DNA of 60,889 bases, the filler included, from Squatina squatina (taxonomy: Eukaryota), in NCBI GenBank assembly GCA_031763465.1. It is 3 parts of 3 records of this genome, joined end to end, with 100 filler letters (N's around TTAATTAATTAA, not from the genome) between each part and the next. Parts side by side here need not be neighbours in the genome. Positions count along the whole stretch, not along the records: positions 37,949 to 60,889 come from JARFOE010000013.1; 2 more parts are not named here. One strand, given 5' to 3'. Positions 49,790 through 60,889 of the stretch are shown piece after piece. Position numbers and translations under genes: made by a program. Below the pieces are notes generated by a model. That model did not search any database. It was not told where the DNA came from and saw nothing but the letters and a program-made list of their open reading frames with translations. Every line of letters begins with the position of its first letter. Position 1 is the first letter of the stretch.

Positions 49790-51060
49790 GAGATGGAGTC
49801 CGGAAGGGAGATGTGTGGAGGAGTGTGAGGGTGGAGGTATGGAGGTGGATGATTGCGATGGGGTTGGTGTGTGATGGTTTGGAAACTGGTAGGGAGATGA
49901 TAGCAGGAGTGTGAGGGTGGAGGCATGGAGAATGTTAGGGAGATGATTGGATGAATATGAATGTGAAGGTATGGAGACTCATAGGTGGATGACGGCAGAG
50001 GCGGTAGAATGTGGAAGTTTGGAAACTGGTAGGGAGATGATAGCAGGAGTGTGAGCTTTAAGGTTTGGAGTAAGTAAGGGAGATGGCCGGAGGAGCATGA
50101 ATGTGGAGGTATGGAGGCCGGTATGGAGATAATTGAAGCAGTCTGATGGCAGAGGAATGGATACCGGTCGGGAGATGGCCGGAGGAGTAGGCGAGAGGAG
50201 GTAGTCGAGTCGCAGGGAGATAATGAGAGGAGGGGGAGAGTTGAGGTTTGGAGACCGATAGTGTGATGATTGGATTAGTATGAAGTGCGAGGCATGGAGA
50301 CAAGTTGCAAGGTGAATGGAGGAATGTGAGTTTGGAGGTATGGAGACTTTTAGGGAAATGATTGGAGGAGTGGGAGTTTGGAGGTAGCAGACTGTTAGGG
50401 AGATGATTGCAGGAGTTTGTGGTTGAGGGTATGGAGGCCAGTTGGGAGATAATTGGAGGAGTGTGGCGTGGAGATATGGAGACTCGTATGGAAATGATTG
50501 GAAGAGTGGGATGGTAGAGATATGGAGAGCAGTTGGGAGCTGATGGGGGAGTAGAAGTTTGGGGATAAGCAGATCGATGGGGAGATCATTGGAACTGTGT
50601 GAGTGTCGAGTTAAGGAGACTGTTCGGTAGATGAGTGGAGGAGTGCGACGGTGGGGATATGGAGACTGTTAGGGAGATTATTGTAGAAGTGTCACGACGG
50701 AGGCTTGGAGATTTGTAAGGAGATGATTGGAGGAGCATGAGAGTTGAGTTATGGGGACCATGAAGCCACCAATTGTTGGAGTATCTGTGTGGAGCTTTGG
50801 AGACCGATAAGGACATGATTGGTGGAGTGTGATTGTGGCGTTATGGAGACCAGTAGGGAAATGATTGGAGGATTATGCGGTTGGAGATTTCGAGACCAAT
50901 AGGGAAATGATGGTTGACTGTGAGAAATGAGTTCTGGAGACTGGTAGGGAGATGATTGGAGCAGACTTAGGGCGGAGTCTTGGATAGCGGTAGGGAGATG
51001 ATTGGTGGAGTGTGAGGGTGGGAGTATAGGGAGTGGAAGGAAGGTGATTGAAGTTGTGTT
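49790..51060. repeat. Degenerate purine-rich tandem repeat, unit about 46 bp (GGAGACTGGTAGGGAGATGATTGGAGGAGTGTGAGGGTGGAGGTAT)
   Basis: Recurrent ggaga...agggagatgattggaggagtgtga blocks at regular spacing. Confidence 0.8.
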
Positions 51061-51849
51061 GAAGTGTGAGTGTTGCAGGATGTATTCTAGAAAGGACACT
51101 CTGGTGTTGAGTAATCCTTTGCTGATGATATGCAGAAATCCAATTACTTCACGGATCTGCTGTTCACAAATCCTTCTTCCTGGACAGACGTCAAGCAATT
51201 CCATGTCGGTGCTGTAAAAAATCACATTTTTTGCACCACTGCCAGAGGAAAAAAAATAGCCGTTTTTGGCGATTGTTCGCCATTCATGAGGAGCATTGCA
51301 CGTTTTCAAGTCCACGAGCATTGTCACCTCTCGGTGGAAAAGGTGCATTTTTTTTGCTATTAATTTGCTGCTCTGAATTCACCAACGTTGTTCACTGATT
51401 GGAGCTTTTCAACAGCAAATGAAACAATTCAGTTTGAAATATGCATGATTGTTGTCGGAATATTTTGTTGACATTTCATATTCATCACATACTTGCTGTT
51501 TCACCTTACAACTTCAATAAAGTACTTGGAAATGTCTCCATATTCGGATCTGTGAGACTGAACATCCTGTCGGAGATCAGGTAGAGACATCTGTTGGGCA
51601 AATTCCATCGAAGCTCGAGATTTAAGATGATGCTGTCTTTACAATTTATGGGCAACGACTTTGTGATTTCCTTGTACAAAACCAGGAGTGAAATATTTCC
51701 AAATAGAACTGAAAAACTTGCTGAATATCTTTGATTGTGTGGCTGTGGGGTTTCATTTCTAACACTGAAGTAATCTGAAATAAAATTCAAAAATCATTTT
51801 TGGGTGTTCATTATTATTTCTGGCCGCCGAGAAATGAAGAGTTGCAATT

Positions 51850-52030
51850 ACAGTAAATTAACCTGGTAATTTGTTTCAGTGATATTGCCTGAGGGATCTA
51901 TTAGGTCAGGATCATTGCTCGAACTTTCTCTAATTCCTGGAATAGTGTTATGGGATGTTGTGCGTTCACCAGAGAGGGAAAATGGGCCTTGGATCAAAGT
52001 CTCTTACCAAAGTCCTGCGAAAGTTCAGCG
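51850..52030 (-). mobile_element. Strongly decayed DeuSINE leading into the minisatellite
   Basis: gtgatattgcctgaggga...ggtcagga...aatagtgttatgggatg...caccagagagggaaaatgggccttgg...gtctc is collinear with 40270-40400 and 844-945. Confidence 0.6.
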
Positions 52031-52129
52031 CTCCATCAGAACTGACCACTCCACAGGTAAGAGCTTCCTCTGTATTAAGACCTCAGAACCTGTAGTGCTC
52101 TTTCAGTGCTGCCTCTTTAAGACTGCAGT

Positions 52130-52872
52130 GATCCCTCATTATTGCCCGCTTCGACAGGGCAGCACTTCCTCAGTACTGAGCCTCTGACAATGCTGATCAC
52201 CCTCAGTGCTGCCCCTCCTATGGCATGGTGCTGCGGCAGTACTCCCCTCCAACAGTGCAGCTGGCCCTCAATACTGCCCCTCCATCAGTGCAGCGCTCCT
52301 TCATCTCTGCCCATCCAACAGTGCAGCGCTCCTTCATCACTGCCCCTCCAACAGTGCAGCGCTCCTTCAGTACTGCCCATCCAACAGTGCAGCGCACGCT
52401 CATTACTGCCCATCCAACAGTGCAGCGCTCCCTCACTACAGCCCCTCCAACAGTGCAGCGCTCCTTCAGTACTGCCCCTCCAACAGTGCAGCGCAAACTC
52501 AATACTGCCCCTCCAACAGTGCAGCGCTCATTCATCACTGCCCCTCCAACAGTGCAACGCACGCTCATTACTGCCCCTCCAACAGTGCAGCGCTACTACA
52601 GTACTGTGTCTTCAACAGTGCACGGCACACTAAGTACTGCCCCTCCAGAAGTGCAGTGCTCCTTCAGTACTGCGTCCTGAACAGTGCACAGCACACTCAA
52701 TACTGCCCCTCCAGTAGTGCAGTGCTCCTTCAGTACTGTGTCATCAACAGTGCACCGCACACTCAGTACTGCCCCTCCAGAAGTGCAGTGCCCCTTCAGT
52801 ATTGCCCCTCCAACAGTGCAGCGGACACTCAGTACTGCCCCGCCGACTGTGCAGCACTACTACAGTACTGCA
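52130..52872. repeat. 33-bp minisatellite, consensus CAGTACTGCCCCTCCAACAGTGCAGCGCTCCTT, about 20 units
   Basis: Visible tandem array; unit matches the internal DeuSINE segment cctctgacagtgcagctctccctcagtattgc (40404-40435). Confidence 0.92.
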
Positions 52873-52989
52873 AAAATATTCAGCGCACCTCCGCTCAGGT
52901 TCTTTTTCCAATTGTCCTACACCTGCATCCAATGATGATTGGCTTTTAGGTTTGGTAACAGACTTTGCTTGTTTTCTGCTTCAAAACCT

Positions 52990-53720
52990 CTCATAATTTT
53001 GACAGGCCGTCTTAAATCTTCCCTTGACCATCCCTGATATCAGTATTAAAATCGCAGCTTCTCTGCTCCCTCTAAATATCTGCAGTCCCTCAAACCTGGG
53101 ATTAGCCAGCGAAACATCTCAGCATTCTCTCAAAATTCTTAAGATCGCTGCTGCAGCATTGTTGCCGGAATTGGCACTGTGCAGCAGCTGAGGCCAAAGC
53201 AATGAGCTCGAAAAGTTCTGCCCAACTTCCTTTGTTAAATATCCTGGTCTCCATTTATCAATCCACGGATCCTGTATAACTATTAGAACCTGCTTCATCT
53301 TGTTCCACCAATTTCAAAGAAGTGCGTTTGAGAAGCACGCGATCTCTTTGCTCCAGAACACCCTTCACTATTGTACATTTTGCTTATTTTTTTTCACATC
53401 AATATTCCTCCTTTCAGATTTCAAAGAATCAGACAGCAGAGAATCAGGCCATTCCGACCAGCGTGCCTGTGCATGTTCTTTGAAATACTTATGGAATTAC
53501 TCCATTCATTTCCTCTTTCCCCAGTGCTCTGCAAAATGTTTCCGATACAATTCTCCATCCAATACTTTCTGTAACCCACTATTGAGTCTACTCCTAACAG
53601 ACGTGCCGATTTTAACAATTCGCAGCATAAAACAATTCAGCTAATTTCCCCACTAGATGTTTCGCTAATTAGCCTAAATATTATCAACGTCATTGACCTT
53701 TTCATTCATGTAGTAAAGTT
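52990..53720 (-). mobile_element. Old, highly decayed CR1-like fragment
   Basis: Patchy similarity to CR1 copies elsewhere in the window (taattttga...aaatcttcccttgacc, gaattggcactgtgcagcagctgaggcc, caaagcaatg). Confidence 0.4.
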
Positions 53721-53963
53721 TGATTTCTTGCTGATCTCCATCAACATGAGTGTCACAGGATAAAATAAATAAAGCAATGCCCTCTGTCACATTCTAGCCA
53801 GAATTGCTGCGACCACAAGGCAGATTATTAACTGGTGTATTGACACCGCACCACACATCAGTTGCAGCAGTCCTGTCCTGACCACAACAATGCCACGCTC
53901 CACAATGCTTCACATGGAATCCGGTGAAGAGACCTAATTATGCTTGTGCAGAATTACGACTTC

Positions 53964-54044
53964 TGATGGCAGTGAGATTTGAGCTTTTTGTCCCAAAAGA
54001 AAAGATTTTCAATCTAGCGCCTCAGACCACTCGGCCAGGCTATC
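53964..54044 (-). pseudogene. tRNA-Leu-like pseudogene
   Basis: Minus strand GATAGCCTGGCCGAGTGGTCTGAGGCGCTAGATTGAAAATC...GCTCAAATCTCACTGCCATCA (81 nt) aligns to vertebrate tRNA-Leu (GGTAGCGTGGCCGAGCGGTCTAAGGCGCTGGATT...GTTCGAATCCCACCGCTGCCA); B box, acceptor and anticodon stems are mismatched. Confidence 0.7.
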
Positions 54045-55856
54045 ACATATATGCTTATTGAGGTCTAACCCGAGTGTCTGGTCATTACTTCTTGGTTTTC
54101 CATTGAGGCAGAAAGAAATAAAGGAATTTGAAGGTGTAGAGGGTGACCACTCATCTGTTACTGCAACACAGGAGGTCAGAGTTACCCAAGTGTCCACAAG
54201 GCCAACACTCATAACGGCATGAAANNNNNNNNNNNNNNNNNNNNNNNNNNNNNNNNNNNNNNNNNNNNNNNNNNNNNNNNNNNNNNNNNNNNNNNNNNNN
54301 NNNNNNNNNNNNNNNNNNNNNNNNGTCTTTCTTTTAACGTTTTAAAAACTGAGCTTGGTAGTACCTAATCGCTACCTCATCTCTTTGATTTTCAACCTTG
54401 CTGGTGCCCTACACTACAGGCCTTCGGCCTTCACCTAGGTTTTGCAGCGCAAGTCTTTCTGAACTACAAAGCAGGGAACTCGGTGCTGAAAGGGTTAAGG
54501 GTTTGAAGCTGACTTTGTGCCCATTCATATTGTTTAATGTGGTAATGAAATCAGACTGAGTTTTCAATAGGGAACAGATTTGAAATTTATTGCTCATTGT
54601 GCCCTTGGAGCAGAAGTGAAACCCACCAGAATTACAGGGTCATTGCCACAAACCAGGTTAAATTTACTGCTTTTTATATTGTAGCAATTAGGCCTGAAAT
54701 TATGCACATTTTCTATATTTGGTTTTACTTTCCATCTGGGCTTCATATATAAGGATATCGACTGGAAGTGTCGATACCCTGAAAAACAAGGTGCTTTACT
54801 GTACACCACTCAATGTAGCTGTTTTGGCATCGACATTGGGTTTAAAGCTATCCTTCTGCTTTCAAAAGTATTAATGTTTTGAGGCCATATAAGTTTNNNN
54901 NNNNNNNNNNNNNNNNNNNNNNNNNNNNNNNNNNNNNNNNNNNNNNNNNNNNNNNNNNNNNNNNNNNNNNNNNNNNNNNNNNNNNNNNNNNNNNNNCAAT
55001 GGGACCCAAACCTCTTATCAGTGAAGCTTTTGTGGAAAACTTGCGAGCCGTGGAGCAAGTAGAGAAGGGTGACTGTATGACACTTTGTATTCAAATTCGT
55101 GGCCAGGTGCTAGGAGGAAGCAGCATCAACTGGCTTGACATGGGATGAATGCAGGAGGCCTGAAGTGATGCTGAAACAAATGCAGAGGTCATAGGGCGGA
55201 TGAATGAGGGTCACTGAGGCACTCTGGGGGGTGTATTTTGTTACTTTGTAAAGCAAGCATGCATTCAAAACCTTTAGGAGTTTTATAGAATAAACTGTGA
55301 TTTGTGAATATTTTCTTCATGAAAAAGGAAAGTATGTTTTTATCTCAGGATGCCTTGAAGAATTATGTGGCTTTTATGAATTTCAGTCTCTTTTGTTGGA
55401 CGTGGACCGTATTTAATCTTTTTACAACATGGAAAGACAGTTATGCTATTAAAAGTTGTTTTTGGAGAGACAAAATAATATAAATTAGATTCTCCAATTT
55501 AAAAAAAAGTAACATCCTCTCAGAATTTCAGAAACTGTGGTTTCAGGGTTTTATGCCTTACAAAGACTTAACAGAATTTTGAAAATGAGTGTGTCTTTCT
55601 CAAAACATCTTCATGTTACTCAACCATATCCTAGAATTAAACATTCCTTTCAAAAAACTAATGCAATGCAGAGGTGCTAATTATTTTTAAAAGGCTGCAG
55701 TATTTTCATAAAATACTGTAAAGTAATATAATTCATAAAATTGGATCGTTTAGAGTNNNNNNNNNNNNNNNNNNNNNNNNNNNNNNNNNNNNNNNNNNNN
55801 NNNNNNNNNNNNNNNNNNNNNNNNNNNNNNNNNNNNNNNNNNNNNNNNNNNNNNNN

Positions 55857-55968
55857 ACCCGAAACGTTAACTCTTTTTCTCTCCACAGATGCTGCCTGAC
55901 CTGCTGAGTTTTTCCAGCATTTTTTGTTTATATTCTAGATTACAACATCTGCAGTATTTTGCTTTTTT
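55857..55968 (+). mobile_element. Abundant chondrichthyan repeat end (probably Penelope-like terminus)
   Basis: acccgaaacgttaactct...ctccacagatgctgcctgacctgctgagtttttccagcatt...tgcagtattttgctttt, recognised from memory; class uncertain. Confidence 0.5.
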
Positions 55969-56154
55969 AAATAAGTTGTATGTTTTTAAATTTTTTGGGG
56001 GCATGCTGTTTTTGACTTTTTGTTTTAGATAATTCTGTCATTCTATTGGAGCCTGACGTTCTAAGTATCCCTAGGATTTATATTGAGAATACCAATAATT
56101 AGATCTTTAGTTTATACATTGCTCATTGGTGTTGCTTTGTTTTGTTTTCAGACA

Positions 56155-56311
56155 ATGGGAAATTCATATGCTGGGCAACTGAAATCTGCACGCTTTGAAG
56201 AGGCTCTTCACAATTCAATAGAAGCATCACTTCGCTCCAACAGTATTTCTCCTCGACCAATCTTCTCTCAGCTCTACCTTGAATCGGATCAGCCACCTCT
56301 GTCTCCTGAAG
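56155..56311 (+). CDS. GREB1L: GREB1-like protein, first coding exon
   Basis: ttttcag|acaATG; [52 protein letters not shown]; SARFEEAL distinguishes GREB1L from GREB1 (TTRFEEVL); phase-1 donor G|gtcaag. Confidence 0.92.
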
Positions 56312-57906
56312 GTCAAGATAACTTTTGTTTGGTTTCAGTGATCATTAGGGAAAGTGATTTGTTGTGGCAAGTGTTTTTTTTATTGCTGTGATCTGCGCAG
56401 AAACTGGTATTTTCACTTCTACTGGGACTTATTATGCAAAATTATGATACTTGTTCAGCAAATTGCACTACATGCGGTAAGCGTAAACATTTGTAGGATT
56501 TGTCATGGGATGTCAGTACTGTGCCAAATTACTTGTCCTAATGATAGATCATTTTAATAACAACTAAGGCCGGTGTGTACTTTTGTGTATATATAAAGCA
56601 TCCTGCCAAACTGAAATTTGGCAGAAAGTTGGGGGAATGTGGTTGAAGGAATAGAGTATCCAGCCTATGTTCAATTTTACTTTAACACCATGCATTGTAC
56701 GAACTGACCCCTGACACAAAAAGGCAGACCTATGAATGACTGCTGCGACATTACAGCATCTTTTATAACCACCTCAGTTATTCTCAATTGAGACCAGTTG
56801 TCCTCAAGTGACATTCCAGAGTGCCTTTAAATAGTCAGAACTCTGTAATCAAACAAACTCTGATTGAATTCCTTTCCATCTTATTTAGGATGCTCACTAA
56901 TCATTGACATTGATACAAAAGACAATGTGTCCTACATTTACAGTTGTTTATCAGAGTTTTGATAGTCATGATTCAAGCAAGTTACTTTCTTCTTTAGCAG
57001 GCTTATGGGTTGTTGCTACAATGTTCTGTGCCTCACTTAGGAAGATTCATCGAGGATTTGGGGAGCATGGAATCTTGGTCATTCAGCTATGAACTTCATT
57101 TTGTATTCAGATGCAATCCACTTTGAATTCAGTTACAAAAAGCTGAACAAAAGATGAGCTTAAAGGAGAAATGGCACGTGGTAGCCAGTGCCCGATAGGC
57201 AAACTTTATTTGGCTGTCTGAGGAACGGCATCTTCAGGATCTCTTAGATTGCAGATTTTCAGATTCTGTTAGTTACAGTAGCTTTTAAAAGGAAAAGATT
57301 TGGCTATAACTGGTAGTGGTGATATCATTTGTTGGTGGTGAACCATCACTTCTGCTGTTTTGGCTACATTCCTGAATCAAGAAATTTGTGAATGAATGAT
57401 TGAGATCCTGTGCTATTTCAAGCCCTTGGTAAATCTTGAGCAAAGTGTCGATCACCAAAGCAACAACTTTCACCTCTGACTGCAGCCTGCTAAAGAAGAG
57501 AAAAACTTGGATATTGGGATCTGGTAAAAGCCCTTAACAGCAAAGGACATCACCAGAGGAGAAGTGGCATGCTGTCTGTCATTCCATAGCACAGCCTTGC
57601 TACAGGCTGGTACTGTTGCTATTTTAATTGTAACCCAGATTACTTAATAGCAAATCATACTCTCACTTTCAATCAGGGAGCACTCCTTCAGGACAACAAA
57701 CTGAAATATGAGAAAGGAGACTGTGGCTGGAAGCAGTTAAGTACCTTGAGTACTAGCCCAGGGCTATGGGTGGCCAGCCCCAGGAACAGGGCACAGGAGT
57801 TGGCTNNNNNNNNNNNNNNNNNNNNNNNNNNNNNNNNNNNNNNNNNNNNNNNNNNNNNNNNNNNNNNNNNNNNNNNNNNNNNNNNNNNNNNNNNNNNNNN
57901 NNNNNT

Positions 57907-57991
57907 GATCAGCCATGATCATATTGAATGGCGGTGCAGGCTCGAAGGGCCAAATGGCCTACTCCTGCACCTATTTTTCTATCTTTCTATG
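57907..57991 (+). mobile_element. CR1 LINE 3' terminus
   Basis: gatcagccatgatcatattgaatggcggtgcaggctcgaagggccaaatggcctactcctgcacctatttttctat... Confidence 0.8.
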
Positions 57992-58109
57992 TAAATATTG
58001 GGGCCTGTATGTTTTTGTCCTCATTAACTATGTCCCGAGCCTTCTGTCATGTAAGTGATACAGATGTGAGCTGGTTTGAAATAACGCCTGAAATTTGTTC
58101 TTGAAACAG

Positions 58110-58316
58110 ATGTCAAACCAAAGATAGAGGAACTTGATAAAGAAATTGAAGTCCATCGTTATACACAGAGTAGCTCTTCTGGATTCCCAGCTATACAAGT
58201 TGGTAACGGATTGGATAATGAAGAGGAGGAGGAAGAAGAGGAAATGTCTGAGTCAAACAGCCCACCTATTGCGTACATGCAGAAACATGCTCCAGAGGGA
58301 TCCTGCACTACAGATG
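58110..58316 (+). CDS. GREB1L: GREB1L second coding exon
   Basis: aaacag|[69 protein letters not shown]|gtgcgt; 207 nt, phase 1-1. Confidence 0.92.
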
Positions 58317-60057
58317 GTGCGTATAGTTTTGTCTTCTGAAATGCAGTAACTATCAGTGAACCTAGAGTTACACCTAGCAGCAGGGTCTCGGCTCAAGGGT
58401 TATGTATGAGTATTGATGCCTTTTCCAGAATGCCAATCATGAAGCAGTTCATGAGACCTCTAATGCTCCAACTGCTGGTGCAGTAATCACTCAAGCATGT
58501 CATCCTTGAGACAGTAGTGTGAATGGATTCATACATGCTTTGCGCTAATGGATGGTGCCACAATGTGGCGATGCATGGGTGATGGTCCATGATGCCTCAC
58601 ACTGCTAAATTCCTAATTTTAGTTGTGCCACTATGAGGAGGTGGTAGGTGGAGGCCACGTCCCTCCCAAAGGCCCGATTAGGGAGAACCATCACTGGTTT
58701 GCTGTCACACACTTCCTAGCAGCTGGTTCAGAATTCCATAGAAACAGATCACATGCTGCCTCAACTGTATAGAGACATTTCCAGAAAGATGATGATAGAT
58801 AACATTGCAGTAAGTGTGCCAGGAAACACCTTTTGGTTATGCATTCCAGAAGCATATGCATGGATACCTTAGGAAAGGGACACTGATGTAAGAAACACAG
58901 TATCTGCGAGCTTGAAATATTTCATCAGCAATATCGTATAACAAGTGGGCCCTTCAAAACAGAGTTGTCTCCATGATCTTTGAGAAATGGAGAATATCTG
59001 AAACTGACCTGTTTACCTTGGTTAAAAACATATTGCACAAGTTCTACTCTCAGAGACTGTGTCCCAATGCACATGGACAAATCCAACTATTCTACTGGAA
59101 GTTTCTTGTAGTTTTCTTGATTCCCAAGGTGTTTTGNNNNNNNNNNNNNNNNNNNNNNNNNNNNNNNNNNNNNNNNNNNNNNNNNNNNNNNNNNNNNNNN
59201 NNNNNNNNNNNNNNNNNNNNNNNNNNNNNNNNNNNNAAAGAAAAAATCTATTTGTTGCTGTCCCTGATGTAGCTGATTCGAATATTTCGTGGATTGTAGC
59301 CTATGTGCGAATGACAGCAGAGGTGGGATTCTGACCTGTGTTACTTTTGAATGAAGACTTGTTATTCCCAACATTTGGTTCAGTGTGGTGTTTATTCTTT
59401 CAATAAAAGGAAACAGAAAGAGGAGCAGTGCAATTGGACAGTGTTGGTACATTATATAGAAATTACTAAATTGCTGGAGTTAGCTGTTATTAATCAGCAT
59501 TAAAAGTGCTTTGGAAAAGTACCAGAGTCCTGTAACTCAGTATGGTTTGTTTACAGTGGTAAAATACAATGTTCGTGAAACAATAAAAGTTAATTCAAAA
59601 ATGAATTTCACTGCATGCATTCTCGAAACGATTAATAATAGAAAAGGAAATAAAATGGAGTATAAATTTATCTTGGGTTGTAATGCAAGGCAGGTGATAA
59701 CGAATCAGCAGCCTGTTTTATACTGTGCCCGAGTTTCTTTTTCACTGAAGCCAATGGAAAAGAAAATCGAGTGGAGTGCAAAATGGGCTGCTGATTCGTA
59801 TTGCTCGTTTTGCATTACCGCCCAAAATAAATTTATACCCCAATATTTCTGCAAAGGTAATTGTGTCTTAAAGAGTCTTACTCAAACATACATGTACAAT
59901 AACTATAGTATTCTACAACAGTTGTAAAGTAAGGTCTGACTCTCATTTGCTAAGCAACCATTATTTAATTTTATTTTACTGCTGTTATTTTGAAATATTA
60001 TTCAAGTTAGCACATCTTTTTGCAAAAAAGTAAAATAATGTTTTTGCTTTGATTTAG

Positions 60058-60234
60058 GTTTCTGCCAGGCTGGCAAAGATCTGCGTCTGGTATCACTCTC
60101 CACAGAGCAAATTGACATTCCACCAGGCTTTGTGCTGGTAGGAGCCAAGTCTCCAAATCTCCCTGAGCACATTCTGATCTGTGCAGTAGATAAACGATTC
60201 CTGCCAGATGACAATGGAAAGAATGCACTTTTAG
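60058..60234 (+). CDS. GREB1L: GREB1L third coding exon
   Basis: atttag|[59 protein letters not shown]|gtgagg; 177 nt, phase 1-1. Confidence 0.93.
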
Positions 60235-60889
60235 GTGAGGAATCTTTCATTTCTGACAGTAAGTTATCAGTTGTGTAACGGCACATTTATCAGTAAAACT
60301 GTAAGTTTCTTTTCCTTTCTGAACATTCTCCATTTGTATCACAAAACGGGTGATGTCACAGTCAATCAATGTTCAGTGGTTTTAAAATTTAGGGCAGAAC
60401 TTGATTGCACTGGGATTCTGCCCTGTTTAAAATGGCCCTTTAAATTCTGAGGGGAGGCTTTCCCACCCCTCACATTCTAAAAGGGCTTGTCTGTAGGAGT
60501 TCCTGGGCTTCTGATGATAACCTTGCTGATAATATTTCACTCTTGGCATTTCCTTCAATACTGATAGCTCTCTGTGAATATTAATGATAGATATGTCCTC
60601 TGTCAGGCTACTACCAACCTATTTGAGTGCCTTCAGACTGGTAAATCGTAATGGAACTACTTGGATGCTGGTGACCCCTCACTTACAAAGATTGGAAACT
60701 TACCACGTGCTTAATATCTACTGGTCCTAACACACTTGATTGTATTCTTATGTATAGTTATTGAATATGTGGGTAACATTGTAGCTGGTGAGATTCTTTT
60801 TATAAAAAAACGATTATATGTTATAATCTGTCATTAATGGAAAATTATTTTGCAGTGAACATAATGAAATTATGACAAAGGGTCATCGA

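Noticed and set aside
26295-52872. CRISPR-like regular repeats (arrays at 26.3, 45.0, 49.8 and 52.1 kb)
   Set aside because: Head-to-tail units without unique spacers, no cas genes, vertebrate context
52142-52996. Keratin-associated or zinc-finger-like ORFs (QYCPSNSAALL repeats)
   Set aside because: SINE-derived 33-bp minisatellite; not credible proteins
730-59452. Numerous ORF-track entries containing runs of X
   Set aside because: They reach the length threshold only by reading through N gaps

Overview
This is vertebrate genomic DNA, almost certainly from a cartilaginous fish (DeuSINE/SacSINE1-like SINEs, CR1/HER1-type LINE tails, a shark-type GPR139-like GPCR). It comes from a very fragmented assembly: mostly 1-2.5 kb contigs joined by 100-N gaps. 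Two artificial N44-TTAATTAATTAA-N44 linkers (18633-18732 and 37849-37948) split it into three unrelated segments. Segment 1 (1-18632, minus strand) has exons of UNC13B, an ATP8B-class P4-ATPase (probably ATP8B5 by synteny) and RUSC2. Segment 2 (18733-37848) has the SLRP cluster LUM-KERA-EPYC (minus strand), a histone H2B pseudogene, a 24-bp minisatellite and a CNE-like element with a perfect DR1 site. Segment 3 (37949-60889) has a GPR139/GPR142-like GPCR exon among minisatellites and CR1 debris, a tRNA-Leu-like pseudogene and the first three coding exons of GREB1L (plus strand). I see no CRISPR, phage or prokaryotic system and no convincing new biological system. The most notable items are four conserved exons that lose homology abruptly inside contigs (one with a duplicated 7-mer compatible with intron gain, although chimeric assembly is the simpler explanation), an apparently coding ATP8B5 in its mammalian syntenic position, and a minisatellite that seems to have expanded in situ from a DeuSINE. 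Gene names come from recalled protein sequences, not database searches. Repeat boundaries are approximate.
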